32,000 bases of DNA from Nostoc sp. PCC 7120 = FACHB-418 (GCF_000009705.1 NC_003272.1:1530001-1562000); one strand, 5' to 3'; shown: positions 17,962 through 27,516, numbered from the stretch's first letter. Notes: generated by a model not told the origin, from the letters alone. Numbers and translations are program-made.

Positions 17962-18774
17962 ATGACGGACGTAAAAGAAGTATTAAGCTTTATTGAAAAA
18001 ATTGAAGGTGAAAATTTGGGCAAATCGGCTTATGAAATCGCTAATCTTTTACGTGGTTATACAAAGTCAGAATACACAAGTAAGTTATGGACTGTAGCTA
18101 CAGGGTATAAGCAAAAATACATTGCAGGAGAATTTCAAGGGAGACTCAACAAACATTTATTATTAAGTGGCGAAATGACTGACTTTGCTCATTTCATCGC
18201 CTCACTTTCAGACCAAATCAACCAACCAGGAATTAAAAAGTCTGACTTAACCAGTTGGACTTCCGACCATACCTCATGGGCTGGGGATATTGGCTCTGCT
18301 ATTATATTTTATCGCTCTCAAGCTGATAAAGGAAATGCCATGACCCTTGAGAAAGTACTGATAGGGCTGGCTAGTGACTCGGATTTTACCGCTAATATTG
18401 CTGCTTACTTAGTTGGATTTATGATTAATGTAAACCAGCAAACTACCATTTCAAAAGCTATTTATGATTACGATAAAATTCAGTATGCAACGCATCTACA
18501 AACATTTATCAAGAAACGTTTTGGTGGCATTATTGAAGGTAATAAATTACAAAATACAGATTTAATTGAATCTGCAATCCAGCAATCTGTATCTACTTTT
18601 ATAGGATTATATTCGCCTGCATCTAATTTATATAAATCTTTGAAATACTTGCTAAAATTTCCACCTCAAATAAGATGGCAGAACAAGATAGTAATTAACA
18701 GTAGTGATTTACAGATCGGTTCTCAACATTTCTTATCTCACTTGATGAAATATGCAGCCTTAGATAGGCAATAG
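17962..18774 (+). CDS. Hypothetical protein (270 aa), Cys-free, predicted mostly helical, orphan
   Basis: Long ORF in about 30% G+C DNA (hand count on one line). No signal peptide or TM segment. I could not place it in any family. The only distinctive strings are DFAHFIASLSD, SDHTSWAGDIGSAI and SDSDFTANIAAY. Confidence 0.6.
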   Translation: MTDVKEVLSFIEKIEGENLGKSAYEIANLLRGYTKSEYTSKLWTVATGYKQKYIAGEFQGRLNKHLLLSGEMTDFAHFIASLSDQINQPGIKKSDLTSWTSDHTSWAGDIGSAIIFYRSQADKGNAMTLEKVLIGLASDSDFTANIAAYLVGFMINVNQQTTISKAIYDYDKIQYATHLQTFIKKRFGGIIEGNKLQNTDLIESAIQQSVSTFIGLYSPASNLYKSLKYLLKFPPQIRWQNKIVINSSDLQIGSQHFLSHLMKYAALDRQ

Positions 18775-18884
18775 TGATTTTCCAGACTCCTTGGCTTTCC
18801 TCATCCCTTTACTCTAATAGCTGCGTGTTTTGAGGCTCTGTCATGAAGCGGACAGAGGAGCGCGAGATTTCTACAATTAAATTG

Positions 18885-18919
18885 AGCGATCGCCTCATCA
18901 TTCAAATTAGGCGATCGCT
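18885..18919. repeat. Hairpin built from two HIP1 sites (11-bp perfect stem, 13-nt loop)
   Basis: AGCGATCGCCT - CATCATTCAAATT - AGGCGATCGCT. Confidence 0.8.
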
Positions 18920-19019
18920 AAACCTCCTTGAGCATCAGCATTAAACGACCCGACCGAGCATCCCCATACCAAAATCCTAAGGGGACGCATGGTTTAAGAG
19001 TTGATAAAACTTGAATTAT

Positions 19020-19397
19020 TTCGGGTATTTTACATTGATTACCGATTACTTTATCAAAAATCTACATTTTTGCGACCTCCTCGCTCCCCAAATCCCAGTC
19101 TGAATTTAAAGATTACTCACAGACTTTTTAAGAATCTCTATAAAGTCTATTTTTCTCTGCTAGTATTCATCAACCTGAAGCGTACAATAAATATATATAA
19201 GTACATAGTGTAGATATGATGGGCAAATACCACCCGTATTTGCTCGGAATCTCTGGTTTACTGACAAAACTTCTAGCTTCATTGTCTAGAAAGTTCAATG
19301 AAAATTGCCACTGGCTATCTGAATGCTGTTAGTTTAGTGAAATTTCGGGGAACTATGTAACTATAAACTTTTAATATTTGTCAGTAAAATACCCGAA
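19020..19397. repeat. 14-bp perfect inverted repeat (TTCGGGTATTTTAC / GTAAAATACCCGAA) bracketing about 350 bp of non-coding DNA
   Basis: Arms at 19020-19033 and 19384-19397. A related hairpin, GGGCAAATAC-CACCC-GTATTTGCTC, lies at 19221-19245. Confidence 0.7.
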
Positions 19398-19456
19398 CAG
19401 TCAATGCAACTGCTTTATAAAGCTTGTGACAAGACAGTTTTTGAGTATATAAACCT

Positions 19457-19693
19457 ATGAATATGAAAGAAAGAGCTACCGATGCGGAGTCAAGCCAAGC
19501 CGATAAGGTAGAAATCGCTGTCCAACTGGATTCGGAGTTACTGGAGCAAATTCAGCACCTAACTAACGACCCCAGCAAAGTGATTGAAGTAGCCATTCGT
19601 CAATGGTTACGGGGTGAAGCTCTTAGAGATGATGAACTGACGCGCAGTCCCAATCGCGTACCAGTTCCGCCTCGTGGAGAATGGAATGATTAA
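19457..19693 (+). CDS. Small ribbon-helix-helix (CopG-like) protein, 78 aa
   Basis: VEIAVQLDSELLEQIQHLTNDPSKVIEVAIRQWL fits the RHH strand-helix-helix pattern. It is followed by a charged, Pro-rich tail. Confidence 0.5.
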   Translation: MNMKERATDAESSQADKVEIAVQLDSELLEQIQHLTNDPSKVIEVAIRQWLRGEALRDDELTRSPNRVPVPPRGEWND

Positions 19694-19875
19694 CTTTCAT
19701 AAATAGGCTGTAAAGATAAAGTCTAAAAATGTAAAGTTTGTCAATCTAAATACCAGAACAGTTACAATACGCAATACTCAGTATGTAAAATTGGTCAAAT
19801 TTTACGCCAAGCTTTGCCCAGCCTTAGTAAGACTGTTTTGAGTTGCCATTAGTCCATCCAACTCGATTCAACGTA

Positions 19876-21633
19876 ATGACTATTACTGCCAATTCCCAAT
19901 TACCAAATAGATTTCCTCAAAATCTAGAATCGATGAACCACAAGGCTGATGGCTTATTAGCAAACCTCGGTGCTGAGTTGGTATATGTGCAGGATGGGGT
20001 GGGGCGTTACCTGTCCTTTTATTGGCAGAAAAGTGAACTTTTGGGTTTCAACCCAGAGCAAATAGTATGCGATGGTAATGGACAGGAAATTTTTGTCCCA
20101 CTGGACAAGGTTTCTTACATGAAAAGACTGCACTGTATCATGGCTAACTTAGCTCCAGAAAAGTTCCCTTGCTGGTTTAGCTGTCATCAAAATCTATTTG
20201 AGTTGGAACTGGCTATCACGCCGATTATTCCACCTTTGGGAACTGGTGCCACTACGGTCTTGGTCATGGGAAGGTTATTACAAGTTAAAGTAAATAACCA
20301 AGAGGTAAATGTAGCAATTACTACCCCTACACAAACAGACTTAGCTTCGCGATCGCAGCAACACCAAAGATTGGTAAATAAAATTACCAGAAATATTCGC
20401 CGGACACTAGATTTAGACCTTATTTGGCAACAAACAGTTGACAGTCTAGGTAAAGCACTCAGACTAGAGCGCTGTATTATTTGTCCTTACCAGCCCTCTA
20501 GCTCCAAAGTGCGAGTAATTGCCGAATATCATCAACCAGACCGTCCTTCCATGCTGGGTTTAGAAATAGATGTAACTTCTGAACCAGCTTTTGCTCAGGC
20601 GTTGACAACCTTGGAACCAATCATTATGGAAGTTCCGGGTTATGAACTTTGCCCACAACAGAAAATTCTAGTAGTAGCCACTTGTTACCAAGACCAAGCT
20701 AATGGCTTAATTGCGATCAATTTACGGCACGAATGTTATCCCCTAACTAATGCCGAACTAGAACTAGCTAAAGAAGTAGCAGATCAGTTGGGAACAGCGA
20801 TCGCTCATGCTACCTTATATAAAGAATTAGAAGCAGCACGACAAAAAGCTGAAGAAGCTTCCCGCCTCAAGAGTGAGTTTCTCGCTAATGTCTCTCACGA
20901 AATCCGCACCCCCTTGAATGGGATGATTGGTTTCCTCAAGCTGATTTTAGAAGGTATGGCAGACGATGTCGAAGAAAAAAATCAGTTTTTATCCGAAGCC
21001 CATCAATTATCTTTACATCTACTCAACATTATTAACGACATCTTAGATATAGCTAAAATCGAAGCTGGCAAAATGGAGTTAGTGTGCGCTCCCATCAAGC
21101 TGGAAGAACTATTCTCTGATGTAGATAACTTCATGCGCCCACAAGCAGAGGTCAAAAACCTCAGTTTCCGAATGCAATTGCCACCAACCTCGGATGAAAT
21201 CGTTGTGCAAGGCAATTACCAACGGCTTTTACAAGTCATGTTAAATATAGTCGGCAATGCCATTAAATTTACTCATGAAGGTGGTATCACTGTTACTGCC
21301 GACGTTGTCCTGAAAAAAGGGAAACTCCAAGAACAGAACTTCCCCGGTATGGTGAGAGTGAGAATAGCCGATACAGGTATTGGTGTTTCCTTAGACCAGC
21401 AAGACAAATTATTTCAATTATTCTCTCAAGTAGATGGTTCCCGCACCCGTCAATACGGTGGCACAGGTTTGGGATTGGCAATATCCCAAAAACTTGTAGA
21501 GACGATGGGTGGGGAAGTGCATTTTTACAGTCTTGGTGAGGGACTTGGTTCTACAGTCACATTCACCGTACCTCTATACCAGCAGCCAGTCATGCTTTCT
21601 TCTAACGACACTGACGCTGAGTGTATCGGTTAA
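19876..21633 (+). CDS. Sensor histidine kinase with N-terminal PAS-like region and GAF domain
   Basis: H-box SHEIRTPLNGM, N-box NIVGNAIKFT, G1 DTGIGV and G2 GGTGLGLAIS. A GAF-like segment sits at roughly aa 190-330. No TM segments or receiver domain. Start is the ATG at 19876 (the track ORF starts at 19843). Confidence 0.88.
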   Translation: MTITANSQLPNRFPQNLESMNHKADGLLANLGAELVYVQDGVGRYLSFYWQKSELLGFNPEQIVCDGNGQEIFVPLDKVSYMKRLHCIMANLAPEKFPCWFSCHQNLFELELAITPIIPPLGTGATTVLVMGRLLQVKVNNQEVNVAITTPTQTDLASRSQQHQRLVNKITRNIRRTLDLDLIWQQTVDSLGKALRLERCIICPYQPSSSKVRVIAEYHQPDRPSMLGLEIDVTSEPAFAQALTTLEPIIMEVPGYELCPQQKILVVATCYQDQANGLIAINLRHECYPLTNAELELAKEVADQLGTAIAHATLYKELEAARQKAEEASRLKSEFLANVSHEIRTPLNGMIGFLKLILEGMADDVEEKNQFLSEAHQLSLHLLNIINDILDIAKIEAGKMELVCAPIKLEELFSDVDNFMRPQAEVKNLSFRMQLPPTSDEIVVQGNYQRLLQVMLNIVGNAIKFTHEGGITVTADVVLKKGKLQEQNFPGMVRVRIADTGIGVSLDQQDKLFQLFSQVDGSRTRQYGGTGLGLAISQKLVETMGGEVHFYSLGEGLGSTVTFTVPLYQQPVMLSSNDTDAECIG

Positions 21634-21670
21634 ATTTAGGACTTATGCAGCCAGTTTGTCTGTTGAGACT

Positions 21671-21766
21671 AGGGTAAGGGTATAGGGGTGTAAGGGTGTG
21701 AGGGTGTGAGGGTTTTAAACATTTACACTCCCTACCCCTAAACCCCTATACCCCCATACCCCTATA
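21671..21766. repeat. Imperfect long inverted repeat of G-rich versus C-rich STRR-like units downstream of the kinase gene
   Basis: The outer arms TATAGGGGT (21681-21689) and ACCCCTATA (21758-21766) pair perfectly. The inner GGGTGTGA repeats face CCCTA/CCCCTA repeats imperfectly, with the loop around 21714-21724. Confidence 0.7.
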
Positions 21767-21988
21767 AGCAATCATAGATTTGGTGCGTAGGAATATTATG
21801 TGTTCATGACTATTGCATTAAGCAACTGAGAATAAAACACAATTTGGCAACAATTGGATCTAGGATCGATTTAATCAAGCTGCAAAATAAAATTTTGAGT
21901 GAGATATAGAAAAATAGGTAGAGGAAAAATAACCAATGCCAAAAGTTTCCTATCTCACAAACTTTGTGAATTTACTAGGTATCAAGCA

Positions 21989-22219
21989 ATGGAACTAACA
22001 ATTGACAACGTGGAAACTGTTTTAGATGAAATGCGCCCTTACCTAATTTCTGATGGTGGTAACGTAGAACTTGTAGAACTCGATGGGCCTATTGTTAAAT
22101 TACGTTTACAAGGTGCTTGCGGTTCTTGTCCTAGTTCTACCATGACTCTGAGAATGGGTATTGAGCGCCGTCTGCGGGAAATGATTCCTGAAATTGCCGA
22201 AGTTGAACAGGTAATTTAG
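21989..22219 (+). CDS. nfu: NifU C-terminal-domain protein (Nfu-type Fe-S cluster scaffold/carrier)
   Basis: [30 protein letters not shown] is the classic Nfu CxxC motif. Start taken at the ATG at 21989 (76 aa). Confidence 0.88.
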   Translation: MELTIDNVETVLDEMRPYLISDGGNVELVELDGPIVKLRLQGACGSCPSSTMTLRMGIERRLREMIPEIAEVEQVI

Positions 22220-22345
22220 GGAATTAGGGACTGGGGACTGGGGACTAGGTAAGGACTGAGGATTAGGAAAGAGGCAATTTACCCAATCCCCAATACCCAA
22301 TACCCAACACCCAATACCCAATACCCAATACCCAACACCCAATCC
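22218..22345. repeat. Two STRR heptamer arrays: GGGGACT-type (about 7 units), then ACCCAAT-type (9 units)
   Basis: Read directly from the sequence. The arrays fill the nfu-GH57 intergenic region and account for the spurious ORF 22106..22342. Confidence 0.9.
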
Positions 22346-22355
22346 CTAAGACTCT

Positions 22356-24590
22356 ATGACTCATCCGCTATACGTTGCTTTTATTTGGCATCAACATCAG
22401 CCATTGTATAAATCTCCTGGTAGCAGCCTTTCAACGCCTTCTAGTCAGCAATATCGCCTGCCTTGGGTGCGCTTACATGGTACAAAGGATTATTTAGATT
22501 TAATACTAATTTTGGAAAAGTATCCAAAATTACATCAGACAGTAAACTTAGTTCCTTCCTTAATTCTGCAACTGGAAGATTATATTGCTGGTACAGCGTT
22601 TGACCCTTACCTCAAAGCCAGTCTGACACCAACTGAGCAACTGACTCAGCAACAGCGAGAGTTTATCATTCAGCACTTTTTTGATGCCAATCACCACACC
22701 TTGATTGACCCTCACCCCCGCTATGCCGAGTTGTACTATCAAAGGCAGGAAAAAGGACAGTCTTGGTGTTTGGCGAATTGGCAATTAGCAGATTACAGCG
22801 ATTTGTTGGCGTGGCATAATTTGGCATGGATAGACCCACTGTTTTGGGATGACCCAGAAATTGCGGCTTGGTTACAGCAGGGGCGTAACTTTACATTAGG
22901 CGATCGCCAGCGCATTTATTCCAAACAACGTGATATTCTCAGCCGCATTATTCCTCAACACCGGAAAATGCAGGAATCGGGGCAATTAGAAGTTACCACC
23001 ACACCCTATACTCACCCGATTTTGCCTTTGTTGGCTGATACTAATTCTGGTCGGGTAGCTGTGCCAAATATGGCGTTACCAGAATCTCGGTTTCAGTGGT
23101 CAGAAGATATTCCTCGTCATTTAAGAAAAGCTTGGGAACTTTATACAGAAAGATTCGGGCAGGAACCAAAGGGTTTATGGCCTTCCGAACAATCAGTTAG
23201 TCCAGATATATTACCGTATATTATTAAACAAGGATTTCAGTGGATTTGCTCAGATGAAGCAGTCTTGGGGTGGACACTAAAACACTTCTTTCATCGGGAT
23301 GGGGCAGGGAATGTACAACAGCCAGAACTGTTGTATCGTCCTTATCGCCTAGCAACTCCAGCCGGAGATTTAGCTATTGTCTTCCGTGACCACAGATTAT
23401 CAGATTTGATTGGCTTTACCTATGGGGCAATGCCCGCCAAACAGGCAGCCGCCGATCTGGTGGGACACCTGCAAGCGATCGCCAAAATGCAACGAGAGCG
23501 ACCAAGTGAACAGCCTTGGTTAGTGACTATCGCCTTAGATGGCGAAAACTGTTGGGAATTTTACCCCCAAGATGGCAAACCATTCCTAGAAGCTTTATAT
23601 CAAAGTTTAAGCAACGAACCCCACATCAAACTCGTCACTGTCTCCGAATTTATCGAAGAATTTCCTGCCACAGCGACCATTCCCGCAGAACAACTACATA
23701 GCGGTTCTTGGGTTGATGGCAGTTTTACCACCTGGATTGGTGATCCTGCCAAAAATCGAGCTTGGGATTACCTTACAGAAGCGAGAATCATGTTGGCAAA
23801 TCATCCCGAAGCAACAGAAGAAAATAACCCCGAAGCTTGGGAAGCTTTATATGCTGCCGAAGGTTCAGACTGGTTTTGGTGGTTTGGGGAAGGGCATTCC
23901 TCAAATCAAGATGCCATTTTTGACCAATTATTTCGAGAACATTTGTGTGGCATCTATAAAGCTTTGAATGAACCCATACCCGCATATCTCAAGCATCCAG
24001 TGGAGGTTCATGCAGCCAGAGCCGATCATTCCCCTGAAGGCTTCATTCATCCTGTAATTGATGGCAGAGGAGATGAGCAAGATTGGGACAAAGCTGGACG
24101 GATAGAAATTGGTGGGGCGAGGGGGACAATGCACAACAGCAGCATTGTTCAGCGCCTATGGTATGGGGTAGATCACCTGAATTTCTATTTGCGAGTAGAT
24201 TTTAAAAGTGGTGTTACCCCTGGACATGGTTTGCCTCCAGAGTTAAACCTGTTGTGGTTTTATCCAGACCAAACAATGCACAACAGTCCGATTCCTTTAG
24301 CTGATGTGCCGGATACAGCCCCACTTAATTATTTATTCCATCATCATTTGGAAATTAACTTGCTGACCCAATCAATTCAATTTCGGGAAGCAGCAGAAAA
24401 TTATCAATGGCATCCCCGTTTCAGCCGCGCTCAAGTCGCTTTAGAAAATTGTTTAGAAGTAGCAATACCCTGGGCAGATTTGCAAGTTCCGCCAGATTAT
24501 CCTCTGCGGCTAATTCTAGTACTTGCTGATGAGGGACGTTTTAGTAAATATTTACCAGAAAACACTTTGATTCCGATTGAAGTGCCGTAG
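22356..24590 (+). CDS. Glycoside hydrolase family 57 protein
   Basis: GH57 conserved regions are present: WHQHQP, GQLE.TTTPYTHPILP, WPSEQS, ALDGENCWE and AEGSDWFWW. Confidence 0.88.
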   Translation: MTHPLYVAFIWHQHQPLYKSPGSSLSTPSSQQYRLPWVRLHGTKDYLDLILILEKYPKLHQTVNLVPSLILQLEDYIAGTAFDPYLKASLTPTEQLTQQQREFIIQHFFDANHHTLIDPHPRYAELYYQRQEKGQSWCLANWQLADYSDLLAWHNLAWIDPLFWDDPEIAAWLQQGRNFTLGDRQRIYSKQRDILSRIIPQHRKMQESGQLEVTTTPYTHPILPLLADTNSGRVAVPNMALPESRFQWSEDIPRHLRKAWELYTERFGQEPKGLWPSEQSVSPDILPYIIKQGFQWICSDEAVLGWTLKHFFHRDGAGNVQQPELLYRPYRLATPAGDLAIVFRDHRLSDLIGFTYGAMPAKQAAADLVGHLQAIAKMQRERPSEQPWLVTIALDGENCWEFYPQDGKPFLEALYQSLSNEPHIKLVTVSEFIEEFPATATIPAEQLHSGSWVDGSFTTWIGDPAKNRAWDYLTEARIMLANHPEATEENNPEAWEALYAAEGSDWFWWFGEGHSSNQDAIFDQLFREHLCGIYKALNEPIPAYLKHPVEVHAARADHSPEGFIHPVIDGRGDEQDWDKAGRIEIGGARGTMHNSSIVQRLWYGVDHLNFYLRVDFKSGVTPGHGLPPELNLLWFYPDQTMHNSPIPLADVPDTAPLNYLFHHHLEINLLTQSIQFREAAENYQWHPRFSRAQVALENCLEVAIPWADLQVPPDYPLRLILVLADEGRFSKYLPENTLIPIEVP

Positions 24591-24826
24591 GTAGCAATAG
24601 GGGGGTAGGGTATAAAATCTCACTGATTTAGAGTGTAGGGATTAATGAAACTATGATTATGTCCTTACTTTTATGGTGATCACTCATGGCTTTATAAAAA
24701 ACCTACACTTGTCAGACTCTCCACTGCCCAATAAATATTAATTTTGCAAAGTTGCCGTAATGCTACTGGCACAGAAAAACTTTTGTGGTTAGATTGATAA
24801 CATCACAAAGTAGCTATTGTTGGGCT

Positions 24827-25909
24827 ATGAATCGCTTTTCGGGAAATATTACAAATTCACATCAGTACAATTTGCAGCAGAATCAGCTAGCGCAAATGTG
24901 TGGTTCCAAAGAGCTGTTTTGCGATCGCTATCAGATATTGCGGATATTAGGTAGAGGCGGCTTCGGGATTACATTTCTAGCTAGGGATGCTGTGTTACCC
25001 GGAAATCCTTTGTGTGTGATTAAACAGCTTTGTCCTAAAGTCACTAGTGCTAAAAGTTGGCAAAATGCCTGTCGGCGCTTTGAAAAAGAAGCCAAAACTC
25101 TCGCTACACTCGGTAGCCACTCACAAATTCCCATGCTCCTCAACTATTTTGAAGGCGATGGGGAGCTTTATTTAGTGCAAGAATACGTGCGTGGCTATAC
25201 TTTGGCACAAGAAGTCAGACATCATGGCACAAAGACTGAAGCAGAAGTTAAACAATTTTTGCAAGAATTACTACCAATTTTGCAATATCTTTATCAAAAT
25301 CAAGTAATTCACCGAGATATAAAACCGCAAAACATAGTCCGTTGTGCAGACGATCGCCGCATAGTATTAATAGATTTTGGTGCAGTTAAGGAAAAATTAT
25401 CTGATCTGGGTATAAGTTCATTTAATCAAAATTCTCACACCAACTTCGTGGGGACAACAGGATTTGCACCACCAGAGCAGTTTTCTTTACGTCCAGTGTA
25501 TGCCAGTGATATTTACGCCTTAGGTATGACTTGTATTTATCTGTTAACTGGCAAAGGGCCTTTAGAAATGGAAAGTGATAGCAAAACTGGGGAAATATGC
25601 TGGTATAACTACGTAAAAGTTAGTGATGATTTTGCCAAGATTATCAGCAAAATGGTGAAATTTTCCTTAGATGAGCGTTTCCAAAAACCACAGGATGTCA
25701 TTAAGGCTTTGAGTCAAGAAAGGGATTTGCCCAACTTTAGTGATTGTTTGACTAGCCAACCATTAAATAATAAACGCCAAACAAAAGTAGAAACTTCCGA
25801 GAAATATGTCCCAGCCGTAGCCAGAACTGCAATGGCTATTCGTGAATGGAAAGCTAAACTTCAACAAAAACAATTACAACGTTCGTTACAGCATTTTTCG
25901 TCTGTATAA
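24827..25909 (+). CDS. Hanks-type serine/threonine protein kinase
   Basis: G-loop LGRGGFGITF, VIKQL (the catalytic Lys region), catalytic loop HRDIKPQN, DFG, and GTTGFAPPE. About 90 aa of C-terminal tail carry no recognised domain. Start is the ATG at 24827 (the track ORF starts at a GTG at 24785). Confidence 0.88.
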   Translation: MNRFSGNITNSHQYNLQQNQLAQMCGSKELFCDRYQILRILGRGGFGITFLARDAVLPGNPLCVIKQLCPKVTSAKSWQNACRRFEKEAKTLATLGSHSQIPMLLNYFEGDGELYLVQEYVRGYTLAQEVRHHGTKTEAEVKQFLQELLPILQYLYQNQVIHRDIKPQNIVRCADDRRIVLIDFGAVKEKLSDLGISSFNQNSHTNFVGTTGFAPPEQFSLRPVYASDIYALGMTCIYLLTGKGPLEMESDSKTGEICWYNYVKVSDDFAKIISKMVKFSLDERFQKPQDVIKALSQERDLPNFSDCLTSQPLNNKRQTKVETSEKYVPAVARTAMAIREWKAKLQQKQLQRSLQHFSSV

Positions 25910-26073
25910 TACACAATTCTAGGGATAAAAGACTAATCAATCCCTTCTGCCTTCTGCTTTTATTCGATAATTTTCCCAGCTTGGGGGTTGTTAAAGTTGC
26001 TCGACAGTCACTAGAGTAAATAGAGAAGCACACAAAGCATATTTAACATAAAGCTAACTAAGCATAATTGCCC

Positions 26074-27438
26074 ATGACCACTTCTAACCGCCGCTATCAC
26101 ATTACTACCTTTGGTTGCCAAATGAATAAAGCCGACTCAGAGCGCATGGCTGGCATCTTAGAAGACATGGGCTTTAAGTTTTCCGAAGACCCTAATAATG
26201 CAGATTTAATTCTCTACAATACCTGCACAATTCGGGATAATGCTGAACAGAAAGTCTATTCTTACCTTGGTAGACAAGCCAAGCGCAAACACGAACAACC
26301 AGACTTAACCTTAGTTGTGGCTGGTTGTGTTGCTCAACAGGAAGGCGAAGCACTGCTGCGGCGAGTGCCAGAACTAGATTTAGTCATGGGGCCACAACAC
26401 GCCAACCGTCTCAAAGATTTGCTGGAGTCAGTGTTTGCAGGTAATCAGGTCGTCGCCACTGAAGCCGTCCATATTATGGAAGATATCACCCAGGCGCGGC
26501 GAGATAGCACCGTTACAGCTTGGGTAAATGTGATTTACGGCTGCAATGAACGCTGTACTTATTGCGTAGTTCCCAACGTGCGCGGCGTGGAACAGTCCCG
26601 CACACCGGCAGCCGTTCGTGCGGAAATGGAAGAATTAGGACGGCAAGGATACAAAGAAATCACCCTCCTTGGTCAAAATATCGACGCTTACGGTAGGGAT
26701 TTACCCGGCGCGACACCAGAAGGACGACACCTACACACCTTTACAGACTTGCTATATTACGTCCATGATGTGCCAGGCGTAGAAAGAATCAGATTTGCTA
26801 CTAGTCACCCCCGTTATTTTACGGAGAGACTAATTAAAGCTTGTGCAGAGTTACCCAAAGTTTGCGAACACTTCCACATTCCTTTTCAATCCGGGGATAA
26901 CCAACTATTAAAAGCAATGGCGCGGGGTTACACTCAGGAGAAATATCGTCGGATTATCGACACAATTCGTAGATATATGCCAGATGCTTCGATTAGTGCC
27001 GATGCAATTGTCGGTTTCCCAGGAGAGACAGAGGAACAGTTTGAAAATACGTTGAAACTGGTAGATGATATTGGCTTTGACCAATTAAACACCGCCGCCT
27101 ATTCACCCCGTCCCGGCACACCAGCCGCTTTATGGGAAAATCAACTGAGTGAAGAGGTGAAGAGCGATCGCCTACAAAGATTAAACCATTTAGTGAACGT
27201 CAAAGCAGCCGAGCGATCGCAACGTTACATGGGACGTATCGAGGAAGTCTTAGTAGAAGAGCAGAACCCCAAAGATCAAACCCAAGTCATGGGACGGACA
27301 GGCGGTAATCGTCTCACCTTCTTCAAGGGAGATATTCATGAACTAAAAGGGCAATTAGTCATGGTGAAAATTAACGAAGTTCGCGCTTTTAGCTTGACTG
27401 GTGAACCGATAGAAATGCGGCAAGCTCTGCCAATTTAA
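26074..27438 (+). CDS. miaB: tRNA (N6-isopentenyl-A37) methylthiotransferase
   Basis: N-terminal TFGCQMN, radical-SAM [11 protein letters not shown], and a C-terminal TRAM-like domain. Confidence 0.92.
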   Translation: MTTSNRRYHITTFGCQMNKADSERMAGILEDMGFKFSEDPNNADLILYNTCTIRDNAEQKVYSYLGRQAKRKHEQPDLTLVVAGCVAQQEGEALLRRVPELDLVMGPQHANRLKDLLESVFAGNQVVATEAVHIMEDITQARRDSTVTAWVNVIYGCNERCTYCVVPNVRGVEQSRTPAAVRAEMEELGRQGYKEITLLGQNIDAYGRDLPGATPEGRHLHTFTDLLYYVHDVPGVERIRFATSHPRYFTERLIKACAELPKVCEHFHIPFQSGDNQLLKAMARGYTQEKYRRIIDTIRRYMPDASISADAIVGFPGETEEQFENTLKLVDDIGFDQLNTAAYSPRPGTPAALWENQLSEEVKSDRLQRLNHLVNVKAAERSQRYMGRIEEVLVEEQNPKDQTQVMGRTGGNRLTFFKGDIHELKGQLVMVKINEVRAFSLTGEPIEMRQALPI

Positions 27439-27516
27439 ACAAATTTATACGAATGCCTCATGGCATAATTACAATCGCTCGGTGTAGAACCAGAGGCTTA
27501 AATAGCCTACATTCCC

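Noticed and set aside
19001-19213. 70-aa ORF in the AT-rich region.
   Set aside because: It has a TTG start and an Ile/Leu/Tyr/Lys/Phe-rich translation typical of random AT-rich sequence. It sits inside the inverted-repeat-bounded non-coding segment.
22218-22345. Possible CRISPR array suggested by regular short repeats, here and at the other heptamer tracts.
   Set aside because: The period is 7 nt with no spacers, there are no cas genes in the window, and the units match the STRR class of Nostocaceae repeats.
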